A DNA stretch of 62,616 nt, counting the filler, from Candidatus Desantisbacteria bacterium CG1_02_49_89 (GTDB lineage Bacteria > Desantisbacteria > UBA1551): the NCBI GenBank assembly GCA_001871075.1. It is 5 parts of 5 records of this genome, joined end to end, with 100 filler letters (N's around TTAATTAATTAA, not from the genome) between each part and the next. Parts side by side here need not be neighbours in the genome. Positions count along the whole stretch, not along the records: positions 43,600 to 54,335 come from MNUP01000050.1; positions 54,436 to 62,616 come from MNUP01000105.1; 3 more parts are not named here. One strand, 5' to 3'. Positions 50,356 to 59,776 of this stretch are shown here, piece by piece. The notes beneath the pieces were generated by a model that made no database searches, was not told where the DNA came from, and saw only the letters and a program-made list of their open reading frames with translations. Each line of letters opens with the position of its first letter. Within the stretch, counting starts at the first letter, position 1. Both the position numbers and the translations under genes were made by a program.

Positions 50356-50793
50356 ATGAAAAAAGACGACGAAGTATTCATGCGGGAGGCGCTGAAAGAG
50401 GCAAATAAGGCATATAAAAAAAACGAAGTGCCGATAGGCGCGGTCGTAGTTAAAAACAATAAAATAATAGGCAGGGGCCACAATCTGGTTGAGAGAAGCG
50501 GGAACGCGGCAGCGCACGCCGAGATCCGCGCGATCGCGGCAGCGGCGAAGAAAGCCGGCGGCTGGCGTCTCAACGGATGCAGTCTTTACACGACTGTGGA
50601 GCCCTGCCTTATGTGTTTCGGCGCGTCAATGCTCTCGCGTATCCCGCGCATAGTGTACGGGGCCGACGAGCCGGAATTCGGTTCGATAAAGCGCATAAAA
50701 AAATTACCGGAGCGGATCGAAATAAAGGGCGGCGTTCTGAGCGAAGAAAGCAAAAGATTGCTGAAGAAATTCTTTAAAAGACTGAGGAAATAA
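50356..50793 (+). CDS. tadA: tRNA adenosine(34) deaminase
   Basis: EVPIGAVVV, AHAEI, WRL, TVEPCLMC. Confidence 0.9.
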   Translation: MKKDDEVFMREALKEANKAYKKNEVPIGAVVVKNNKIIGRGHNLVERSGNAAAHAEIRAIAAAAKKAGGWRLNGCSLYTTVEPCLMCFGASMLSRIPRIVYGADEPEFGSIKRIKKLPERIEIKGGVLSEESKRLLKKFFKRLRK

Positions 50794-52181
50794 TGCCGGA
50801 TAATTTCTCGCTTACTTTCGGTAAGGACAGGATGAGTTTCAGCATACCGGAACCAAGCCTTGCGGGGCCGCTTATAAAGCCGAGGGAAGGAACGCCCCTG
50901 CCCGGAAATACCGCCGAGATAATCCGTAAGGCGCTTGAGCGCCCGGCAGGCAGGCCTCCGGTTGCCGGGCTCGTAAAAGATAAGATCGTAGGCCTTGTTT
51001 CATCCGACGAGTTCCGCTCAGGCCTGCAGAAGGATATTATTTTCGCGCTTGTTTCCGAGGTCGCGCAGGGCCGGCCGAAAAAGCTGAAAATACTTATCGC
51101 CACAGGCACCCACGATATAAGCATATACGCCAGGAACATCACCAAATGGGCGGAAGAGGCAGTGAAAGGGCTGCCGTTTGAAACAGAAGTGATAGCGAAC
51201 GACTGCTACGGAAAGGATTTTGTCCTGATAGGAAAGACGCCTAAAGGCACCCCTCTTAACATAAACCGCGGCCTGCTTTCCTGCGACGTGAGGATCTATG
51301 GGCACGAGGCGAAATATCATTACATGAACGGGTATTCCTGCATTGACAAGCAGGTCCTTCCCGGGCTTTCGTCAATGGAAACAGTAAGGGCGAATCACAA
51401 GAATTCGCTGGACCACAACAATTCCGCGGCAGGCAGGAACCCGTGGCACAAAGACTCTGAGCGGCAGTTCAACCCGTTCGGGATTGACATAAGGGACGCG
51501 AGGGCGGCATCTGAGAAGTTTTTCCTGGACGGGAGCGGTAATCCGGAAGAAAGAGGGATACAAACGTTCGGCCTGGACATGGTGTCCGAAAGCGGCGGCA
51601 TATACTGGATAAAGGCCGGAGACCCTGATGCCATAACCAGGGAGATGACAGCGGCAGTTGACAGGCTCTCGCTCTTTAAGGCAAAAAAATCAAAATACGT
51701 TGTTATTTCCCCAGGCGGAAAACCCGCATGCGACACGATCTACAGCACCCAGAACTGTTTTGACATGGCGCTGAAGGGCGCTATACAGGACGGCGGGGAG
51801 GCACTGGTCATCGCTCCCTGCGCAGGCAGGGAGGATGTTCCCGAAAGCGTGCGCGGGCTTGCGCCGGACGCGAATTCCAAGAAGCTTTTCTGGGATAACC
51901 TTGCCGGGCTAAGGGATGAAACTTTAAAAAAATGTTCGGAATTCATAGACAAAAATTTTGAACTCTACCTGTGGAAGACAGACCGGGTTCTTAAGCTTAT
52001 GAAAGAAAATAAGGTAAGGATCTACCTTTACAGCAGGCTGGACCCAGAAAGGGTAAAGCAGGGCGGTTTCATCCCGGCTGTAAGTGTCCAGGCGTGGATC
52101 GACGAACGCGTTGAAAGAGCGGACGGCGGAACGTTCCGCGTGATAGATAACGGGAACAAAGTCCTGGTCCAGTCTGAGTAG
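50793..52181 (+). CDS. LarA-like (lactate racemase superfamily, DUF2088) protein
   Basis: IATGTH, HYMNGYS...KQVLPG, SPGG, GGEALVIAPC. Confidence 0.7.
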   Translation: MPDNFSLTFGKDRMSFSIPEPSLAGPLIKPREGTPLPGNTAEIIRKALERPAGRPPVAGLVKDKIVGLVSSDEFRSGLQKDIIFALVSEVAQGRPKKLKILIATGTHDISIYARNITKWAEEAVKGLPFETEVIANDCYGKDFVLIGKTPKGTPLNINRGLLSCDVRIYGHEAKYHYMNGYSCIDKQVLPGLSSMETVRANHKNSLDHNNSAAGRNPWHKDSERQFNPFGIDIRDARAASEKFFLDGSGNPEERGIQTFGLDMVSESGGIYWIKAGDPDAITREMTAAVDRLSLFKAKKSKYVVISPGGKPACDTIYSTQNCFDMALKGAIQDGGEALVIAPCAGREDVPESVRGLAPDANSKKLFWDNLAGLRDETLKKCSEFIDKNFELYLWKTDRVLKLMKENKVRIYLYSRLDPERVKQGGFIPAVSVQAWIDERVERADGGTFRVIDNGNKVLVQSE

Positions 52182-52207
52182 CCCGAAGATTCCCTTGGAG
52201 AAAAGTT

Positions 52208-52978
52208 ACGAAACGAAAAATTATATTTTCGATTTTTTTGATAGGGGTGATTTTTGCCGGCGTGAAATGCCGGGCGGACACAAAGACCCTGCAGGAGATC
52301 TGTTCTTCAGCGTATAACACCGAAGTCATATTTAATGTGCCCAGGGCAACAACTGTCAGTTATAAAGTTAAAAGCGGGGATACGCTTTTGGCGTTATCAC
52401 ACCGGTTCTATACCACAGCCGCGCAGATCAGAAAGCTTAACAGGATCAAAGGCGATATTATAGTAACAGGCAGGAGCCTTAAAATACCTACATTTAAAAC
52501 GGAACCGGTAAAAATGTCACTGGGGAAGTTAGTTACTGATACGCAGAGTTATTCTGATCCTGAGTCTATCGATTCAAGGGCGTTGGGGCTTATTAGGTTT
52601 GTGGAAGAATGCCGGAATGTTCCATATAAATGGGGCGGAGAATCGTTTTACGGAATTGATTGCTCTGGTCTTGTGGCATTGTTCTATCGTAGATATTTCA
52701 ACATACAACTACCTCATTCAAGCATGGAGCAGTCCAGGCTTGGGGAAGAAGTACGGGACCTGACAATGGGAGACCTTTTATTTTTTGCCATAAAAAGAAA
52801 AGTAAAGATCGATCATGTGGGAATTTATGTCGGGAACGGGAAATTTATACACGCCGCCTCAAGAGAAAAAAAGGTTGCAATTTCATCCCTGGAAGATTCG
52901 TATTACAGGGCAAAATTTATTACTGCCCAAAGGATTTTTTTACCCCCCAATCCGGTATATAATGTAATCGAAAATTGA
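52208..52978 (+). CDS. LysM + NlpC/P60 cell-wall peptidase
   Basis: YKVKSGDTL...IRKLN (LysM); PYKWGG...GIDCSG...HVGIY...FIHA. Start is uncertain (ACG at 52208 or TTG at 52238). Confidence 0.88.
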   Translation, partial: TKRKIIFSIFLIGVIFAGVKCRADTKTLQEICSSAYNTEVIFNVPRATTVSYKVKSGDTLLALSHRFYTTAAQIRKLNRIKGDIIVTGRSLKIPTFKTEPVKMSLGKLVTDTQSYSDPESIDSRALGLIRFVEECRNVPYKWGGESFYGIDCSGLVALFYRRYFNIQLPHSSMEQSRLGEEVRDLTMGDLLFFAIKRKVKIDHVGIYVGNGKFIHAASREKKVAISSLEDSYYRAKFITAQRIFLPPNPVYNVIEN

Positions 52979-53004
52979 CCCACCACAATCTCGACAGGAG
53001 AGAA

Positions 53005-53373
53005 ATGAAAGATTACAGCACGAACGGAGTGCATTTTTTAGTGGAGTATTTCGGGTGCCGCAGCCAGTACCTCAATAATGCTTATAAAATAGACAGGATA
53101 TTGCGCAAGGTCCTAAGAAAGAACGATTTTACGATAAAGTGCATGGACTGGGCTATTCATTATCCCCAGGGCAGGACAATAACGGCTATTATCGAGGAAT
53201 CAAGCGTTACAATAACCACGTGGCCCGAAAAGCAGTATCTTACTATCAACCTGCATACCTGCGGCGGTAATATAAAGGGATTGATGAAGGATCTGCGCAG
53301 GTTTTTCAGGCCGCATTATGTAAGAAGCGAAAAACCATATATTATAGGTAACGTTCCCCGAAGTAAATATTAA
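53005..53373 (+). CDS. S-adenosylmethionine decarboxylase (SpeD/SpeH)-like proenzyme, divergent
   Basis: GVHFLVEYFGC...PQG...EESSVTITTWPE...TCG. Confidence 0.7.
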   Translation: MKDYSTNGVHFLVEYFGCRSQYLNNAYKIDRILRKVLRKNDFTIKCMDWAIHYPQGRTITAIIEESSVTITTWPEKQYLTINLHTCGGNIKGLMKDLRRFFRPHYVRSEKPYIIGNVPRSKY

Positions 53374-53387
53374 AAAGTTACTCTTTA

Positions 53388-53431
53388 TCCCAAAGGTCCC
53401 TAAGGGATCCCTTCGGGAGATCCCCTTGGGA
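53388..53431. repeat. GGGATCCC-centred palindrome family (CCCGAAGGGATCCCTTTGGGA)
   Basis: Copies at about 18254, 30008, 30358, 39158, 48226, 53388 and 58957. Confidence 0.85.
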
Positions 53432-53503
53432 TAAAATAGGGGATGGGGTCCGATGCCCCGATGTTCATCGGGGATGCGGACTCTTCGGAGGAGATTTATT
53501 CAG

Positions 53504-53925
53504 ATGAGATTGCGCGTGGCAGGAGCGCAGATACCCGTAACCGGCGAAATCGGCATGAACCTTAAAGCTATCCGGCGCGCTATAAAATACGCGAAAAGCA
53601 GGAGAGCCGATATATTATTGACGCCTGAAGGGTCTTTGAGCGGCTACACACATAAGTTTAACCCGGATGAAGTCAGGAATGCGTTGAGGGAAATAACTAC
53701 CGGGGCGCGCGAAAAAAGACTGGGTCTGGCGCTTGGGACCTGTTTTGTCGAAGATAACGGAAAATGCTACAACCAGATACGTTTTTACAGTCCCAAAGGC
53801 GGATACCTGGGTTTTCACAGCAAAATACTCAGATGCGGCTCGGTTTTCGGTAAACCTGAGGGAGAAATAAGGCATTATGCTGCAAGACCCCTGAGAACTT
53901 TCAGGTTCAAGAATATTATTATAAC
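53504..53925 (+). pseudogene. Truncated carbon-nitrogen hydrolase (nitrilase family)
   Basis: LRVAGAQ...LLTPEGSLSGY...YNQ...HSK; similarity stops at FRFKNII, before the catalytic Cys motif. Confidence 0.7.
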
Positions 53926-54052
53926 AAATAGGGGTCAGACCTTGAATAAAGGAATTATTCTCTTGACTTCTCCCGTTCATTCTGATACTGAGCTTAAACA
54001 ACCATCCCTCCTTCTTTTTTCTATCGTTGTGCCATACACGGCAAGACATAAT

Positions 54053-54081
54053 TTGACTTTTTTGCTAAAATATGGTATAAT
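54053..54081 (+). promoter_or_regulatory. Near-consensus sigma70 promoter for hicB
   Basis: TTGACT-17 nt-TATAAT with an extended -10 TG. Confidence 0.7.
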
Positions 54082-54111
54082 AAAAATCAGAAACTGTGAG
54101 GAGTGATTAAT

Positions 54112-54335
54112 ATGAAAAAATTAAAAGTTTATAGTTTTCAGGTTATTGTGGAACAGGATGAAGATAACATCTATGTAGCTTCCTGCCCATCCCTGCAAGG
54201 TTGTTATGCTCAGGGTGATAGTTTTGAAGAAGCAATAAAAAATGTTAAAGACGTAATAAAGATGTGCCTGAAAGAATTGAAGGATGAGAAGAAAAAGATA
54301 GAGATTGAGTGTCCGGAGATGATTGCTTTAAAGCG
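54112..54335 (+). CDS. HicB-family antitoxin (3' end at the contig edge)
   Basis: VIVEQDED..YVASCPSLQGCYAQGDSFEEAIKNVKDVI. Confidence 0.85.
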
Positions 54336-54435
54336 NNNNNNNNNNNNNNNNNNNNNNNNNNNNNNNNNNNNNNNNNNNNTTAATTAATTAANNNNNNNNN
54401 NNNNNNNNNNNNNNNNNNNNNNNNNNNNNNNNNNN
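54336..54435. other. Artificial contig linker
   Basis: N-run with TTAATTAATTAA. Confidence 0.98.
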
Positions 54436-54700
54436 GATTTTCTGCTCATCTTTTAACACAATAATCTTTTTGTTGGGGATAAGACACACGGTTACTTCTT
54501 GCTCCGGAAATCGACCTACCTTCCAGATTCTGCCTTCGAGAGTACCCACCCCCCTCACCCTACCCCTCTCCCTCGAGGGGAGAGGATAAAGGAGAGGGTG
54601 ATTATTACCTGATTTTTAAACCAGCCAGCCTAAATCAATTTCCCCCAGATAGGTATACTTCTGATTGTTCCCCAGGTATACTTTTGATTATTTCCGCACA
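54436..54700 (-). mobile_element. Non-autonomous IS remnant, copy 2
   Basis: Highly similar to 32228-32490, with the same TGTGCGGAAATAATCAAAAG end. Confidence 0.6.
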
Positions 54701-54798
54701 GTAAAAAAGTAAAAACCGCCTAAAAAGGCGGTTTCTTACCTAAAATAGATTTCGATGCCTCAACTATTAACAGGTCAGATCAATCCACTTCTACCTTT

Positions 54799-55683
54799 TT
54801 ACCAGGGTCGCACCCATGTAGGTGTATATCTTTGTTCGGCCATAAATCTAATAGAATTTAGTTCGCCATTTAAACATATCTTTTTCGGGCTTTGTGGCAT
54901 CTTATCAATTCTTGCTTTAAGAAATGGTGCGGCATCCATTCCCATCTCTGTTAAATTACACCCGATTCCTTTTTTTATAATAGTTTCTACCGAAGAAATG
55001 CCTGGTCTAATCATTCCTGAATAGGTATCTGGATATTGGTCTACCAAATAATCTACCCTACCTTTTATAGTTGAAATACCTTTCAGATCCATCTCCCTTC
55101 TAATAAAATACATATAAGCATATATTCTTGGGTCATCATATTCTGCCAGAGATGAAGTCTCTGAAGTAGCCATATAATAAAAAAGTTTATATACTTCATC
55201 ATCTTTCCAGTTTGATAGAAAGCGTACAGCATAGTCCAAGATGTCACCAAACAAATTATCGTAACACATTATTTTGGTTTCTTCGCGTGGGCCGATTTCT
55301 ATAGTCCCTTTAAGAATTTTTAATATTTCACTCCTTGCTCTTTCGCCTCCGATTTGCGATAAAGCCAAAATTACTGATGCTTTTACGCCAGGAGGGGCTT
55401 CAGCTATTTGCATTGTGTAGGTTTCATCTTTATATGCCTTTAAAAGAAAATCAATAGCTCTTGAGTCTTTTAATTCTCCCAGCCTGCGCACTGCTCCTGC
55501 CCTCGTCTCTTCCCCAGAATCATTCAAATATGAAATCAATTGTTCAATACTATTCATCTATTTGATACTTTCCGGTATATCTCTATCTAATTTGGGAAGA
55601 TCTGATGCAAAAATACCTTGAAAAAGATTTACATTAACAGTTAAAATAAATGTTAAAAATATTATTTTATAAAATATTCTCAT
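54799..55683 (-). pseudogene. Secreted HEAT-repeat protein with an in-frame TAG at codon 42
   Basis: ATG 55683 gives MRIFYKIIFLTFILTVNVNLFQGIFA-SDLPKLDRDIPESIK*MNSIEQL..., with TAG at 55558-55560 in frame with ORF 54799..55557. Confidence 0.75.
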
Positions 55684-55771
55684 TTTATAATTCCTTATGA
55701 AAGAAACATGGTGTCTCTAGTTGTGAGTTCGACCTGATTCTTCTTTCAAATCCTCAAATTGGGCTTTTAAA

Positions 55772-56293
55772 TCAACCTACTTTAAAACCTATCCGTGGTT
55801 TTGGTTTTTCATTGAACGCCAGCATTTGACGGATGGCTTCAAAGATAGCCTGTATTTCTTTGTCGTGTTTGTCTACCCTGCTTTCAAGTTCCTTGAATTT
55901 ATGGGCAAGGGCTATATTGGTAGAAACTAATCTTTTTATTTTAACGAATGCTCTCATTATGGCTATATTGACCTGGATAGCTCTTTCGCTGTTTAGGACG
56001 CTTGAAAGCATGGCAATGCCCTGCTCTGTAAAGGCATAGGGCGGTCTCCTCAGCCCCATTTTGGCTGAGGAATTGGAAGTCGCAATTTGCGACCTCCAAC
56101 TTTTCAATTCACCTTTGCTTAACTGAAACATAAAGTCCCCGGGAAACCTCCTGATGTTTCTTCTTACCTGTTCGTTCAGCCGTTTTGTCGGCACGCCGTA
56201 TAGTTTGGCTAAAACGCTGTCAAGCATTACCTTCTGTCCGCGAATAAGGAGTATCTTGCTTTCGATAACTTCCTGGGGTACCATTGCCTTCAC
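55772..56293 (-). CDS. ORF6N-domain DNA-binding protein
   Basis: IRGQKVMLD..LAKLYGV.TKRLNEQVRRN..RFPGDFMFQL...PYAFTEQGIAMLSSVLNS. Confidence 0.92.
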   Translation of the reverse strand: MKAMVPQEVIESKILLIRGQKVMLDSVLAKLYGVPTKRLNEQVRRNIRRFPGDFMFQLSKGELKSWRSQIATSNSSAKMGLRRPPYAFTEQGIAMLSSVLNSERAIQVNIAIMRAFVKIKRLVSTNIALAHKFKELESRVDKHDKEIQAIFEAIRQMLAFNEKPKPRIGFKVG

Positions 56294-56364
56294 TGTCTAC
56301 CTTCCTTTCAATTGCTTATTTCTCTTTTTAGTTGCTATAAACTATATGCTATACGCCATAAGCG

Positions 56365-57516
56365 CTATTGTATTTTTACGGCCTCCCCTTCCCTTGCTGA
56401 TATCTGCGCAGCTTCCAGCACTTCCTGGACTTTCATACCATCAAATAGGTCGGGTGAGCAGGGCTTGTTTGTTATGATATTTTTTACAAAAGCGGCAACC
56501 GCAGCTATGTTATATCTCATCCAACCGATCTCAACTTTTGCTCCCGGGAACGTGGAATCCGCGTAATGCTGGACTGTTTGCAGTTTTTTGAAACCCCGCA
56601 TACCCCCTATCGGCTCTGAGCTGTCGCGCGTGTCATAAACATTAAGCCAGTTCGGCTCCATCATATTGAAAGCGATAGCGCCCTTGCTGCCGTGTATCTC
56701 AAACTTCATATCATTGCACGCCCCTGTAGCAAGGCGTGAAGCTTCAAGGGTCCCAACCGCCCCGTTCTTCATTTTCACCTGCATTAATGCAATGTCGTCT
56801 ACGTTTACGGTTCCCATTTTTGTTTTTACTTGTAAGCTTGTAAGCTTGTCAGCTTGTTTCACCGGTCTTTTCTTTATCATCGTCTCACACACTGCCCTGA
56901 CTTCTTTATAATCTCCGACGAGAAACCTCATCATATCAATTATGTGCGAGCCCAGGTCAAACAAAGCCCCGCCCCCGCTCCTTTTCTTCTGCGTGCGCCA
57001 CGTAATGGAACGGTTGGGATCAATATAGCCGGAATGCAGATAAACAGCCCTGAACTGGAATATATCTCCGAGGAAACCTTCGTTTATAAGCTGCTTTGCC
57101 CGCATAATAGCAGGTATGAAACGGTATTCAAAAGCCATCTGGTGTTTTATCTTTGATCTTGCGGCTGCTTCCGCGATCTCTTTTGCTTCCCGCAGGTTCA
57201 TAGCAAGCGGTTTCTCGCAATAAACGTGCTTTCCCGCTTTTATCGCGCTGAGCACGATCTCTTTATGCGTATCATTCGGGGTGCAGCAATGTATGATCCC
57301 GATATCTTTTCTTTTAATGATATCGCGAAAATCCGTTGTCCCGAACTCAAAACCGAGTTTCTTCGCTTTCGCGAGCGTCTCTTCCCTGCTCGTGCATACC
57401 CCGGTTAGCTTTATCTCAACCGGAATATCATAATAATAAGGAATGTTAACGTAGGAAAGCGCGTGGACCTTTCCGATAAATCCACAACCGATTATTCCTA
57501 CACGTAGTTCTTTCAT
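56365..57516 (-). CDS. Gfo/Idh/MocA oxidoreductase
   Basis: VGIIGCGFIG, HVYCEKP, GGGALFDLGSH. Confidence 0.92.
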   Translation of the reverse strand: MKELRVGIIGCGFIGKVHALSYVNIPYYYDIPVEIKLTGVCTSREETLAKAKKLGFEFGTTDFRDIIKRKDIGIIHCCTPNDTHKEIVLSAIKAGKHVYCEKPLAMNLREAKEIAEAAARSKIKHQMAFEYRFIPAIMRAKQLINEGFLGDIFQFRAVYLHSGYIDPNRSITWRTQKKRSGGGALFDLGSHIIDMMRFLVGDYKEVRAVCETMIKKRPVKQADKLTSLQVKTKMGTVNVDDIALMQVKMKNGAVGTLEASRLATGACNDMKFEIHGSKGAIAFNMMEPNWLNVYDTRDSSEPIGGMRGFKKLQTVQHYADSTFPGAKVEIGWMRYNIAAVAAFVKNIITNKPCSPDLFDGMKVQEVLEAAQISAREGEAVKIQ

Positions 57517-57665
57517 TTTTTCCTTTTGATTACAGTGATTTTAAAAGAGATTACAGTGATTATTGAAAGTTCACAAATGAATTTCTCTGTGTCTCTGTGC
57601 CTCTGTGGTGATTCTTTATTTTCTTAATCTTGCGTTACACGTAACACGTGACACGTTACACGGAT

Positions 57666-58787
57666 TCACTTGCGGCCATGTTCCCGATAATACTTCAGCC
57701 CTTCGACAAACGTAAGTATATTTTCTCTATTCGTTCCGGGAGTGATCGAGCTGGAACCCCCGAGGAACAGCCCTGTTTTTGGGCCGTTCTCCACCAGCCA
57801 TTTCATTTCGGCGCGGACTTTGTCAGGCGTCCCGAACGGAAGCGTTGTAGTCACGGAAACCCCGGCTATTATCAACATTGAATCCCCGTCCTTCGCTTTC
57901 ATCCTGCATATTTTCTCGTAATCCATCCCAGCTTCATACTGAAATCCCTAGAAACCCTTAAGCCCGGCGTCCAGCAGCATCGATATCATTGCCATCAGGT
58001 TGCCGTCGCAGTGCCATATAACATTCATACCGGGTATGCTGACAACCGGGCGCATGGCCCGCTTGAAATGCGGGAACCAGATCTTTTCCAGACTTTTGAT
58101 ATCTACGAGCGTGCCACGGGAGTCTGTCATATCGTGGTCTGACCTGCATAAAAGCGGCATTTCCTCTTCGATAATCGCCTTTGCCGCTGCCCTGTTATGC
58201 ATTTCCGCGTAGTCCGCCTGCAGCTTGAAATCTTTTTCCATTATTTCCGGGTAAAGCGCGTATGCAGTGAAATAATTGACGTACCCGTACCAACCGTACC
58301 GGAAAACCGGGAAAAGCACGAAGCCATAAGGAACTTTCAGGATCGAACTGCCTATTCTTTCCTGGATTGCCTTTTCACTGCTGATTATTTCTTTTGCTGT
58401 TTTTTCCTCATCGAATGTTTCTTTTGCTTTTTCCAACTGGGGAAAAGCTATCTTTTCCAGGTGCTCAATAACCGCTTCCGGTGAATCAATAACCATTCCG
58501 TCCAGCACGATCTTTTCCGCGCCTGTTGTCGCGCCTTTCTGCGTCCCGGATTCAAAACCATCTCTCCTCATACTCAGCGGATTTTCCGGAATGAACTGGT
58601 CTATGAAATCAACTCCCGCGTTTTTCTGCGCCTTAAGGTACGTGCCGACCGGATCTTTGAGGTATGTCCCCGGCTTCTCGCCGGCAAGCTCATCAAGGAT
58701 ATCAAAATCCATGGTGTGGACTATCCACGTCGGAATGCCCTTTACTTTCTTCCTTGCAATAGTATCCAGTACCGCCTCAAAACTCAT
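57666..58787 (-). pseudogene. UroD/MtaA-like protein split by an in-frame TAG
   Basis: WHCDGN...GLKGF*GFQYEAGMDYE...; TAG at 57948-57950 joins ORFs 57948..58787 and 57666..57926 in one frame. Confidence 0.85.
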
Positions 58788-59057
58788 ATAAACCTACATT
58801 CAGGCAAAAAATATTTGTCACTGAAGCCACTGAATCCACTGTCCGCCCGTCTTTCAGCGGGCGAGACCTCGCCCCGATAGACATCGGGGCGGGAGACTAC
58901 CTTTGAAGTGTAACTCAAACCTTTAGGTTTGATATCAGGGCTAAAGCCCTGAGTTACCCCGAAGGGATCCCTTTGGAACAACAAAATTCCTTGTAGTTGC
59001 GTTGACACGTTGATACGCTTTTCCTGCTGGCCACTGACCACTCACTACTGGCCACTT

Positions 59058-59606
59058 TTATAAATAATTCTCCCAGTTCATCCTGAAATACCTGAAAATA
59101 TCCATCCACCTCTGGTACTGGTTATCATCTATGATAGTGGGAACAAAACCAAGGTTAAGGTAAGTCTTTATGGCGGGAAGCCTGTCATCGTCGGTCTGCA
59201 GGACAGCGTTCTTGAACCCGTGATCTTTCATGTAATGCAGGGTTCTGAGGGTAAGCGCGTATCCCAGTTTCCTGCCCGCGTGTTCAGGCAGGACCCCGAC
59301 GTAATGGACTATCCCTGTGACTTTTTCTTCGGGCTCTTTTACCCAGGCAGTCGCTGTGCCTGCGGGAATGCCGCCGCAAACAACAAAAAACATCCTGTCC
59401 GGGCTGAACACAGGAAATTGCAAGAACGAGGTATTGAACAGGTCCGCGTTCCACCCCGGGCCAATAGTCCTGTTTATGATATCGCACCAGGCTTCTCCAT
59501 CCCCTTCCTTATAAGTTCTGATGGAGTATCCCTGCGGCAGGACAATTGCTGGCAGATCTTCAAGGTTATTGCGCTTCATTACAAGCTGGGGTTGTTTTCT
59601 CTCCAT
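59058..59606 (-). CDS. GNAT acetyltransferase
   Basis: VGVLPEHAGRKLG...LQTDD.RLPAIKTYLNLGF. Confidence 0.9.
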   Translation of the reverse strand: MERKQPQLVMKRNNLEDLPAIVLPQGYSIRTYKEGDGEAWCDIINRTIGPGWNADLFNTSFLQFPVFSPDRMFFVVCGGIPAGTATAWVKEPEEKVTGIVHYVGVLPEHAGRKLGYALTLRTLHYMKDHGFKNAVLQTDDDRLPAIKTYLNLGFVPTIIDDNQYQRWMDIFRYFRMNWENYL

Positions 59607-59776
59607 ATGGACACCTTATAAGGTCAAAACTCAAAGGTTAAAAGTCCCGCCTCATCGGCGGGTCGCCGTAGGGGCGACCGAGGTTCAAGGAAATTAACTT
59701 TATTTTAAGTTCTCTTAAGTTCCCTGTGAAAAATCTTATTTCGTGCTTTCGTGACACTTTCGTGTTTTCGTGGAAA

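Noticed and set aside
55772-56293. Prophage suggested by the ORF6N gene
   Set aside because: No other phage genes nearby; solitary ORF6N genes are common.
7627-57950. Genome-wide reassignment of TAA/TAG to Gln
   Set aside because: TAA and TAG end many genes at their expected C-termini (OmpA fusion, TonB, pilins, GH129), so a code change is unsupported.
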